Source: the human T2T-CHM13v2.0 reference genome, Homo sapiens. Taken from it: 64,000 bases of DNA. The notes under the pieces are model-generated. The model saw only the letters and a list, made by a program, of their open reading frames with translations. It ran no database searches and had not been told where the DNA came from. The translations under genes and the position numbers were made by a program. The DNA lies in assembly GCF_009914755.1 (NCBI RefSeq), contig NC_060941.1; one strand, given 5' to 3'. This document shows, in pieces, positions 20,791 through 34,592 of this stretch (its first letter is position 1; each line of letters begins with the position of its first letter).

Positions 20791-21153
20791 GGGTCAGGGC
20801 TGCCCTCTCCTGGGAGTTCCTGGTGGGAGCTTGGTGAGGTCCCCGAGGTCTGCCAGCACCTGCTCTCCTTGTGTAGTTGTAAGTCATTCAAGTGCCACTG
20901 CAAGGGTGTGTGTGTGAGGTACAGGGTGTTGCGGGGCTGGGAGGACCCAGTGCAGCTCCAGCTCGCACAAATGGGGTAGAGCATGATCTTCCCATCCCTG
21001 CTGCCCCGGGACCTGGTACATATGGGGCCATGGCAGGTGCTTCATAAACACTTAGTAGTTGGTGCTTAATAAATACTCACAATAGGTTTTCAGTGAATCC
21101 TCATTGATTGATCCAGCCTTAAGGATGTGGCAATGAACAAAAAAGTGCCCAGT

Positions 21154-21970
<817 letters not shown>

Positions 21971-23589
21971 CTGTTTTCTTAGATAATTTTTATCAGTTTT
22001 TTTTTTGTGTGTGTGCAAATAACCAGCAAATATGAAACACCCCAGACAATTTTAAATAAAATGATATATGCATATTATAAAGTTAAAGCAATTGTAAAGT
22101 ACAGAGAAAATAAAAAAATGAATAATGTCCTAATCATAATCCTACCATCCAGAAATATCCGTTCTTACCATTTGCTAATCGTCCAGACATCTTGGCATCA
22201 TACACATAGATAGAGGCAAACATAAATGAGATCACACTGTTTGTGCTCCTTTGTAATAAAAAGAGCTAAATTCAATTTTCCTTGCATTAACCAATGAAGA
22301 AGAAATAAACAAGTGGCTCAGAAGGAGTTGCTGAAGTTTAGAGAAATGTTTCCTCTCTGTAAGAGATATTAATTTCTCTAAGAGTTCTCTAACAGTGAGG
22401 AAAAAGATTATGATAAAAAGAACCAAACCTTTGGGGTAGAGATATTAATTTAAAAAGGTAATTTCAACTTTATACATAGAGTTTGGCTCCCTGCTTTGAA
22501 TATGAGAGCCAGGTGATTTTGGAGGAGAGAGGGTGCAGTCTGGGAACTTTGAGAGTGCTCCTTTTGAGGGGACCTGCTGTTCTCAGAAGAGCAGGCTGAG
22601 TAACGGTCTGCACCTCCCGATGCCTGGAGGGAGTGTTCCGAGCCGAGGCTCAGTTACACGTGGGAATCAAGCAGAGCCCATCCCGGGAGCGAATAGGGTT
22701 TGTTAGCAAATGACATGGCTGAGCTGATTTGATTTGGCAGCAGGACTGAGAAGTTTCTGAAATGTCAGATGTTAATAGGATGGCTGGTTGTCTCTAAACG
22801 GGAAGCCAGAAGTGGGGGTGGATGGCCAGGTGACGTCATCTGCTGTAGAGGAGGAATTTGGGAGAAAGGAAATCGGAGGTGGGGAGGGGAAAAGAGGGAA
22901 GGAGGGAAGGAAGGTGGAAGATGGAGGAGAGAGGCCAGTGGCATTAGAGGTGGAGGGGGAAAGCGAATGAGATGGGGCTGGTGGAGGAGTTGGGTTTGCT
23001 TCCCCGAGGATCATACGTTGGGGTGGGCTGAGTTTGTCCTCAAATATGTTTTGTTTGGCCAACGTGATGTTAAAAAAGTCATTTCAATACTCTTTAGGGG
23101 GAATGTCCCCTCCCCAATCCTATTTCGTCTTGGAGCCTATCTCCTCCCTGGCCCCTGAAGACATCTGGGTTTGAGACCTTCGCCAGATGACCTGTGGCTC
23201 TTTCTAGAGCTCTTTCCTCCGGGGGGCTAGTGGGTGGCCCAGGCTCAGAGGAGACCAGAATTGCATCTCATCTCAGAGATGCCACGGGGATCAGGAGAAT
23301 TCTGAGAATCAGGTGAGATCCCCAATGGTGCCCTGACCTCAGGCCGCTGTGGATTCCAGATGTGGTTTGGGACTGTATGTGAGTGCCCCTTGGCGGTGGT
23401 CAGTTCCGTGGTCTGGAGAGCTGGGCTGTGGGAGACAGGAGGCAGGAGCTGTTGTTCTTGTCTGCTTGGCCTCGTGCTTGGTGACTCTTGGTTGAACCGG
23501 GAAGATGTGATCTCTGTTCTTTGAAGACATAATGGCCGTGAGGAGGCAAAAACCACAGAAACCTTCCTCCAAAAGTGATGCAAGATGAG

Positions 23590-23935
23590 CCATTCGCACA
23601 CTGCTGTAAAGAAATACTTCATCGCAGTATAAATAGAAGAAATACCGGAGACTGGGTAATTTATAAAGAAAGAGGTTTAATTGACTCACAGTTCTGTATG
23701 GCTGGGGAGGCCTCAGGAAACTTACAATCATGAAGGAGAAGCAAGTGCCTTCTTCACAAGGCAGCAGGAAAGAGAAGAGCGAAGGAGGAGCTTCCAAACA
23801 CGTAAACCCGTCAGATCTCATGAGAACTCACTCACTGTCACGAGAACAGCGTGGGGAAAACCGCTCCCTCGCTCCACTCGTGGGGATTACAGTTCGAGAT
23901 GAGATTTGGATGGGGACACAGAGCCACACCTTTGC
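23590..23935. mobile_element. THE1-type MaLR solo LTR
   Basis: gagactgggtaatttataaagaaaagaggtttaattgactcacagttc...gagatttggatggggacacagagcca. Confidence 0.85.
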
Positions 23936-24195
23936 CAGGGTAAGCTGAAAAGGCCAGGAATTCCTTGGATGATGCTCTCCCTGCCTTTTCTCTAAGAGGA
24001 GGTTGATTCTGGGGCTTGGAAGGTACTTCCAGGCCATCCTTGAAGGAGCTCAGAGTGAGTCCTTCAAACACCAGCATGGAAAAGCAGAAAGCAGGCCAGC
24101 AGCCCTGGTCAGATCTGGGGAGCAGGAAGGCAGGTCTGCAAAGCCTGGGGAGGGTCCAGTCAGCGTGGGTCCGGGCCGGGTTAGGAACCTGGTCA

Positions 24196-24482
24196 GGCCA
24201 GGCCCGGTGGCTCATGCCTGTAATCCCAGCACTTTGGGAGGCTGAGGCAGGTGGATCACCTGAGGTCACGAGTTTGAGACCAGCCTGGCCAACATGGCGA
24301 AAGCCCTGTCTCTACTAAAAATACAAAAATTAGCTGGGCGTGGTGGTGGGTGTCTGTAATCCCAGCTACTCAGGAGAGTGAGGCAGGAGAATAGCTTGAA
24401 CCCAGGAGGCAGAGGTTGCAGTGAGCCGAGATCATGCCCGGGCAACACAGCAAGCCTCTGTCTCAAAAAAAAAAAAAAAAAA
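24196..24482 (+). mobile_element. Alu with perfect TSD
   Basis: TSD aggaacctggtca at 24183-24195 and 24483-24495. Confidence 0.95.
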
Positions 24483-24924
24483 AGGAACCTGGTCAGAGCA
24501 GAGCAAGGCTGAGCCCTGGGGGTAACTGAGCTTAGTGTTACTCATGGAGACAGGAGCCAGGAAGCGCAGGCCTCCCGGCCCATCGGTGCAGCCTGACTTG
24601 GCGTGGACAGCCCCACCTCCACGGGCAGCGCCCACGTCCTCTTCACACGGCATGATCTCTACAACCCATCTGGCAGCTTTCTCCTTGCTGTGTGAGTCTT
24701 GGGCCTGGTAGAAGTCAGGAGTGTACACTTGGTTTTTTGAGGAGCAGCTCAGAGCTTCAAGGCAGTTACAACAATAAAGCTCACTGCACACTGTGAATAT
24801 GTGCCCCAGAGCATCGCAGTTTTGAGGATGGGAGTGAGACTAGCAGTTCAGAGGCACGGTGCCAGAGTGTCACAGTTCCTCCCTCCCCCAAAGCCAGCTT
24901 GTACTTGAACCTGTCGGGAGGTTT

Positions 24925-26045
<1,121 letters not shown>

Positions 26046-27283
26046 AGGACCCACCTTCATGGGCTTTGCTCAGCCCTGGGTCCTCATCGGTAAAACGGGC
26101 ATCTCTACCTGCTTCCTAGAGGAAACGCTAGCCGGCCCACCGCATAGCGGGCCTTCCCTCTGTGGGATTCCGTAGTTCTGGGACTAATTCTTCACCTGCC
26201 TGATCTCATTGCTTTGCGAGCCCGTGACTGATGATACAGTATCAGATGTCCTTGCCCTGATCCCACGACCATGAGACTTGAAGGGCAGGGATGGAATATG
26301 TGCCTAAGCATTTCCACAGAGAGAAGAGGGACATAGCACACACGCTGCAGCCTAGAGGAGCTATGACCTTGGTTTTGTTACCGTCAGTCAGCTGCTTGCT
26401 GATCCCCCAGCAACTGATGGAAAAGCCACCACTCCTTGAGAGAGGAAGAAAAAAGACTTATGTTAAGCTTTGCCCAGCTCTGATTTGGACTTGCCCAATT
26501 TTACTTGAAGGAAGGTGCCACTGTCCGCTTCCCATTCACACATCGCCGCCTTCCTCCTGTCTAACCGGAATCTTTCTTGTTGCAATTTCAGCCTGCTGGC
26601 TCTCCATGCGGCCGGTGGGGAAACAGCAAAGCTGGTTCCCACATTGATAATGACACCTAATCCTGCAATCTGCTTCTGTCCGGTTCTAATCACGCCACTG
26701 CTTCCATTCCCAGGAGGACCAGGGGCACCCTCTGTTTCGTCCTGACAAAGTGGACTGCCCATGGTTGACAGCCTGCGTGTCCGGGGTCGCCTGGGGGTGA
26801 GGGTGGGAAGGTGTGGGAGGGACGGAGGCACTGCCTTCTGCTCAGATGAGCAGCACGTAGATAACCCTCCCCAGGTGACCTGCCTGGCATGGAAAGTCCT
26901 TCTCGTGGTCCCCCAGGTCAGATAGCGTTGCCTGGCTACGGGGCAGTCAGCGAGGCTCCGGCAGGGCGAGTAAACAGGCACACATGTTTAAAATTCAATA
27001 TCACTGGCGGGCAAACACTCCAGCAGCGCCTTCCAGCCCACCGATAATCTCTAATTCTCCTCGCTTGATGCGTGTGGGGGCCCTGCACCAAGACCCAGAT
27101 GGTCTCTTCTGGGAATTGGTCGTCAGCCGTTGTGAGGGATGGGGAGTCGGAGGGGTGGGGGTGCCTGTTATAGCCTCAGCCTCATGCAGACTATCATCCT
27201 GATCGCTCTGGGCAGGCTCCTGAGAGACCCAGGGGCTGGTCTGGATTCACTGGCTGGGTGGAGCTTCCAGGGTGGGGAGCTGT

Positions 27284-27598
<315 letters not shown>

Positions 27599-29171
27599 TC
27601 ATGCAGATTTTTGTCTGCCTTGGGCTGCAAAGAGGCTGTGGAGGGGGCAGGGCCTGTGGAGGGTGTGCACCCGGCACAGGCGATGAGTGAGGGCTGGAAT
27701 CTGGCAATCCCCTGGCCCCGCCAGGTGACTGTGATGGGCGGCATTTATTAAGAGGAAGGGGTGCTCCATCTGCAGGGTGGAAGAAGGTAAGCCAGCCTCC
27801 TCTTTGCTGGAGGTGCACACATGGCTGCCTGGGGCATCTCCTGGGGCAGTTGGTGAGCTGGTTCCTGGTAAAGTCATTCCTCGTAGGGATCGTTTGGCAT
27901 CAACACGGGGAGCAGGTGAGGTTGACTGTTTTCCCTGCATGTGCCTCATGCTTGCCCTCTTCCGTTGCTTAGGCTTCCTTCCCTTCACTGCCTTTCATGT
28001 GTCAAGGCCAGGTTATGCCCCTGGTAGCGAAGACCCCGGGACTGCCCTGCCCGCTCCACGAAGGCAGTGGGCTCTTTTCCTGGGTACACTGTTTTCCAGA
28101 GGCAGCCCTGATCCAGGCTGCCTGATAGTTCCAGGAGATGACGGTCCTGAGGGTGCGTGCCCAGCCTGAGGCTTGTAGGTTCAGCCCAGATCACCAGTGC
28201 ACCCCGAGATCACCAGTGCACCCACTTCTCCAGTAGACATGGCCTGTCCTTCAGGCCTCGGCGGGGGGCAGGGCCACGATGAGCAGACTCGTCACTCCCG
28301 GAGCCACCTGCTCACCCTTCCCTCTGAGTAGCAGTGTGGCCAAAGGACCTCTTAGTTTAGTGCTTTGGGGCCATGGTGTGTCACCTGCCCTGTGTGGCTC
28401 TGAAAGGCTCCTGGAAGGGTGTCTGGGACTGTAAGAGGCCAGGGCTCTCTTCGAGATGGATCTGCCTTGCAGTCAACTGCCTCAGCCTCATCCATCGCTG
28501 GCTGGGAGATGACTGGGAGCGGGATTGTCCCAGCTGTGGGTCTGGACCTTCCTACAGTGGCTCACCAGGCCCCCTTGTGGCCAATACCATCAGTACCACG
28601 TGGGAGCCTGTGGCTGGGGCTGGGGGTCTGGGGAGGGGTGACAAGCCCACCAGCTGCTCACTGTGCCAGCTGGGTAGACCCAGAGGGTCAGGCGGCCAGG
28701 AACTGGGACCCTGCCCTGCGTCCACTGCCAGCCTCAGTGCTCAGGTGCCCTGGAGACCTCATTAGACCAGGCCTGAGTGGGGGCGTGGCAGCTTCCTCAC
28801 TCGGAATGGAGGCTTCTGTTACTTGCCCTGCATTTCCTACTTCGCAGGCTCATCCGGAGTTTCAGTCTTGCCTGGCCTGCAGCTTCAGCCGAGGTCTGCA
28901 AGGCAGCACCAGCTCTTGGAGCCAGGTGGGAATGCCGCTTCAAACACACGCACAGAGGCATCGCTCTCTTTTGGTAGAAAAGCTGTCGGATTGTAAGACA
29001 AAGGCTGAGGTCTCTAACGTGTCCTCCTTTACTCTGGGTGCCTCTTGTGTTACCTTTGTGCTTGAGTGGGGGGACCACAGGACAGGCAAATTAGAAACTG
29101 CACGAAACAAAACAAAATGCAAAGAAAAACAAAATCGAAACAAAGAAATACAATATAAAACAAAACAAAAG

Positions 29172-29475
29172 AGCTGGGCGTGGTGGCTCACGCCTGTAAT
29201 CCCAACACTTTGGGAGGCCGAGGCGGGCAGATCACTTGAGGTCAGGAGTTTGAGACCAGCCTGGCCAACATGGTGAAACTTCATCCCTACTAAACATACA
29301 AAAAAACTAGCCAGGCGTGGCATGCCCTGTAATCTCAGCTGCTTGGGAGGCTGAGGCAGGAGAATCGCTTGAACCTGGGAGGCAGGGGCTGCAGTGAGCC
29401 GAGATCGTGCCCTTGCACTCTGGCCTGGGTGACAGAGCGAGACTCCATCTCAAAAAAAAAAAAAAAAAAAAAAGA
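29172..29475 (+). mobile_element. Alu (AluS-type)
   Basis: Plus-strand Alu dimer with poly-A. Confidence 0.95.
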
Positions 29476-29609
29476 AGAAGAGAAACCACAACAGATGATA
29501 ACTGTTTATGGCAGGAGGGTGTGTGCAGCTGGGTCATGGTCCCCACCTTTTGGGCTGATAAACCTGGCTGAGGGCTAGGCGTGTATGTTTGCCATGAGTG
29601 AGTGTTTCT

Positions 29610-29636
29610 TGTGTGTGTGTGTGTGTGTGTGTGTGT
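29610..29636. repeat. (TG)13 microsatellite
   Basis: Read directly. Confidence 0.93.
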
Positions 29637-30859
29637 TGGGTGAACGTGACTGTGAATGTTGTGGGTAGTTCTTTGTTGTATCAAGTGTTTTGGATGTCTG
29701 TTTGGGGGTGGATATTGTGGGACGCCACGTTGGTGTGAATGTATCTGCAGCTGAGTGATTCCCCCAGCCAGGACAGCGGGGCCAGGAAGGACAGCCCATT
29801 GTCCCTACCCTAACCTCGTTAGGGCCTCGTTTGCCCCAGCACCCCCTTCTTCAGCCCCAGCTGGCAAAAGGGGGTGGGGCAATCGTGTTATTTAACATAC
29901 AGCTTATAGGGAAGAGAGCTGTTGAGCATTAAAGCCCCCATGCGGTTGTTCATGTATAATTAGGCTGTGGGAGCTTGGGGACTGACTGACTGTTAGAATC
30001 ACTCGGGACCGAAGCACTTATTTAAGTAATCATTAACTGGAAGATGGGAAAGGAACAGAACATGCAATTTGCAGATGTCCCCTCTTCTTGCAGGTCAGCC
30101 TGAAATGAAACTCCCAGCAAGTGAGGAGGCTGGCGCCTTGCTCAGCCTTCCTCTTCCCTCTGGTGAGGGGAAGGGCAGGTTAGGGGATGCTGGGGCTGAG
30201 TTGGGGTTATGGAGATGGCATCTCTCAGGCACATCAGAAGCACAAGCCCCCCAAAATTTCCAGCTTCTCATGACTCCTTCGCTGACACCGCCCTTTACCC
30301 AGCAGCACAAAGATATATAATGATATATTCAGTTCTCAGTCCGGCGCATTTGATCAACACCTGCTCTGCACTAGGCCAGGAACGGCTCCAGCGAAGTCCC
30401 AGTAATCCGTTGTCCCAGGTGGAGGAGGATGTTAACAGGAAGAGCCCAGATAATTGAAATTCTGGTTTAGCTCATCTGTAAATCTGCTTTTGCTGCTTCC
30501 CAGCAGTGCTGATGTGGTCATGGGGGATGGGACGCTGTGTTTTCCTCCTTCGCGCTGAAGCAGAGGGTGCCTGGCTGGGGGTCTCTAGGCAGGAGCGTGT
30601 GGGAGCGGCCAAGTTCTGGAGCAGTTAAGGCTGTTAGTGGTGACGGGGCACCTCATGGTCTCTCTGGGGGACAACTGCAGCCCCAGTGGAGGAGGAGGGA
30701 GACTGGCCAACTGCATATCCCATAACAAGTGTGGGACCCGGAGCTCAGGGAGAGGAGAGGGAGGAAGGGTGTTCGGTATGTGGTGTGTGTCTTGGCATAT
30801 GATGCCTCTTGCTTTGGAAATTCTGTGAGGTTCCATCCTTTTTATTTATTATTTATTAT

Positions 30860-31166
30860 ATCGCGCCACTGCACTCCAGCCTGGGTGACAGAGTGAGACT
30901 CCATCTCAAAAAAAAAAAAAAAAAAAAGAGGAGCTCGAGACCAGCCTGACCAACATGGTGAAACCCCGTCTCTACTAAAAATACAAAAATTAGCCAGGAG
31001 TGGTGGCGGGCGCCTGTAATCCCAGCTACTCAGGAGGCTGAGGCACGAGAATCACTTGAACCCGGGGGAGGCAGAGGTTGCAGTGAGCCAAGATTGCACC
31101 ACTGCACTCCAGCCTGGCAGCAGAGCAAGACTCCATCTCAAAAAAAAAAAAAAAAAAAAAAAAAAA
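30860..31166 (+). mobile_element. Two 5'-truncated Alu pieces in tandem
   Basis: 3' stub plus poly-A (30860-30927), then an Alu starting at ggagctcgagaccagcc (30929-31166). Confidence 0.88.
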
Positions 31167-31508
31167 GGAGAGCAGGGACCACGGGCAGGGTATGGGTTCC
31201 ATGTCTGGTCTGTGATGTGTTCCCTCTGGATGGGCAAACCCAGAAGCTTCTTCAGCCCCTTTCCTCCTCCAGGCACAGGTCGAGGCTGGGATTGCGGGAG
31301 GAGGGGAATGGCACTGGGATCTGGAGTGCCTGGTTCTCAACACTTGCTTGGCAGAGGGGAGGAGGCCCAGTGTCCCCGCGTACAGGGCAGCATGGCTGCG
31401 GTTTCCCTCCTCCATGAGCCAGCCAGCCAGACAGTGGGCAGGAGAGGGCGGGAAGAGAGAAGGGCGAGTGGAAGGAAATGGAGTCGTGTGGGCGGGTGAG
31501 CAAGTTGG

Positions 31509-31734
31509 AAAGCGCCTGGTGTAGAGAGGAACATTGTTGGGGAGCAGAGACCACTGCGGAGTGAGGGAGGGGGCCAGCTGTGCCTCTTGACACAGCCAGA
31601 CACCTGCCCGCCAGGGCCAGTAAAGTGCCTGGTGTAGAGAAGAACCTTGCCTGGGGGGCAGAGACCACCGTGGAGTGAGGGAGGGGGCCAGCCGTGCCTC
31701 TGACACAGCCAGACACCTGCCTTCCAGGGCCAGT
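31509..31734. repeat. ~113-bp tandem duplication of non-TE sequence
   Basis: aaag(c/t)gcctggtgtaga...gacacagccagacacctgcc..ccagggccagt, twice (copy starts 31509 and 31622). Confidence 0.9.
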
Positions 31735-32465
31735 TAGGAGAGGGTACAAGCTGCGGAGCCCATGGGGCTTTGCATTTTCCAGGGACAAGGAAGCTTGGAG
31801 CGAAGCAGAGATTTTCCGGGAGGCCAACACCTCCCTTTTCTCCCACTCTGTCAGCCTGGGGGGCTCTTTATTCCCATTCTTTAGAGAGAGACACGGTGGA
31901 GAAGATGGGACCACAGCTGTGGCTGCTGGGTAGACCGAGGCCAAACCAGCCCCCTGCTCACTTTCCTGCCTCTAAGCCTTTGCCTGGGCTGTTCCCTCTC
32001 CTAGAATGCCTAACCCTCTAGTTGACCCTGTTACGGACCTGGCAAGGTTAGTCTTGAATAACCTGATGAGATTTCCAGAGCTGCTTTTTTCCAGTTCCCC
32101 CACTAAGAGGCTTAGACCTGAAGCTGAGCCCCACTTTGGGGGAAGACTGGAAGTTTCAGGTTGAAGACCGGATCAGGACCAGGAGCTCGGCCAGCTGACG
32201 CTGCAAAGCCTGCCTTGGAGAGTCTGTGGCGTAGGAACCTTACGCCTTAACCAGCGTGGGCAGCTCGGAAGCAGGAGCCCCAGTTGTTTCTTGGAAAAAT
32301 GGGGCCGATTGCCCCAAGGCAGCCACGCCCTTACAGAGCCTCTTGCAAATACCCACAGGGTCACCCGTCTTTGGTCACAGCCACGGATGGCGTCCGTCAT
32401 CCATGCCTCATCTTTATCCTGTTTGTACTTTAGGTTGGTTCAGTACTTGACTGTTTACAAAGCAC

Positions 32466-32757
<292 letters not shown>

Positions 32758-32956
32758 TTGCAAAGCACTTTCTTGAACTCTTCTGGTTCTTGCAGAAAAG
32801 AAGAATGATTTCCCCATTGCGCAGAGAAGAAAATGAAATACTCCTTTTAGCCAGCTGGTAAGACACAAACCTGAGTCTTGAGATTTCAAATCCACTGTTC
32901 TTTCTGTTACCCCAAGAAATAATTACTGAGTACAAATAATTACTGAGTGTCTACTA

Positions 32957-33136
32957 CTGTATTTCATTGCTTCGAAGACACTTTCTTCCCTCTCATTTAA
33001 CAACTCTGAAATCAGGGTGCATCTCATGAGCAATAGCACACCGTAATTTGTAATTGGAAGCATTTTTGCTTTCTTAGCGGAGAACAAAATAATGTGTACC
33101 TTCCAGTGGATGTCCTTTTAGTTTGACGAAATCTGG
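32957..33136. mobile_element. MER104-like TcMar-Tc2 fossil
   Basis: ctgtatttcattg...ctctgaaatcagggtgcatct...gacgaaatctgg with degenerate TIRs. Confidence 0.65.
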
Positions 33137-33514
33137 TGCGTGCACAACTGTGGTGTGTGTAAATATGGCCTCTGCCTGCAAGGTGTGCAGTTTAGAGGAA
33201 AGATCAGTCTTAGCTATTCGTGTGAAACAGAATATGACGCCTACCAAAACCAACTCGAGTGCCGTGGGAATTCCAGCTGAGGGGCTTCAGAAAAGCTTTA
33301 GGGAAGACGGGTGGGATTTGGCCTCTCAGCATCCTGTACCATCTGCATCAACCAGCTGATTTAGACAATACACCCAAGCCCTGTTAGTGTGAAGGCTCAA
33401 AACTTGGCCCCTGGAGGCTGACTATGGGTTTGCATTGCCTGTCGTTCTAGATGTTTAACTCTCAGCCTCAGTTTTCTCAGTGACAGAGTGGATGTGATGA
33501 TAGTGCTTGCCTCA

Positions 33515-33900
<386 letters not shown>

Positions 33901-34431
33901 TCAATAAATGTCACCCCCCCGCCCCCATCCTGAAATTAATTCTATAAATCCAGTACACGTAGAGCCGGCAGACATTTGTCGTTCGATCACTGTTGCAATG
34001 TCAAGCACGTTCACATTTGTGGCCTCATTTGATCTTCGGAAGTGCCGGAGGATGGGGATCATTACTCCAGTGTCACAAAGGAGGCAAGTGAGGCGCGAGG
34101 CCTCACAGCTGGCCGGTGACCGGGCTGGGATTCGGAGGCTGGTCTGTCTGACGCTCAGTCCCATGCTCTCTTCACCGGATTGCAGCTGCTGGAGAAAAAC
34201 CACAAGCAAGGAAGGAAACGCGGCCGATCTGGCGGGTTTGCTCCAGCCGGGGTATTTTATAAATGAATGATCACTGCTGGGCATCCTTAATAGTGGGGTT
34301 TCTGGTTTCGAGAGAAGAGAGGTCTCATTTAGAGGCTCAGGAGGCTAATTTGACGGTGGGGAGATGTGCGCAGACCGCCATCTCCTCTCCCTGTCTCCAC
34401 CTCCAGTGGCCGGTGGCCAGTTTTGCCTCTT

Positions 34432-34592
34432 TTTTTTTTTTTATTATTATACTTTAAGTTTTAGGGTACATGTGCACAACGTGCAGGTTTGTTACATATG
34501 TATACACGTGCCATGTTGGTGTGCTGCACCCATTAACTCGTCATTTAGCATTAGGTATGTCTCCTAATGCTATCCCTCCCCCCTCCCCCCAC
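34432..34592 (-). mobile_element. Severely 5'-truncated primate L1 (L1PA3/4-like 3' end)
   Basis: ttattatactttaagttttagggtacatgtgcacaacgtgcagg...; perfect 15-bp TSD ccagttttgcctctt (34417-34431 and 34593-34607). Confidence 0.93.

Noticed and set aside
28188-28223. 19-bp tandem duplication (also a 17-bp one at 32917-32948)
   Set aside because: Ordinary slippage duplications with no functional clue.
28419-29276. 285-aa plus-strand ORF
   Set aside because: Non-ATG start, runs into an A-rich tract and an Alu, no homology recognised and no supporting splice structure.
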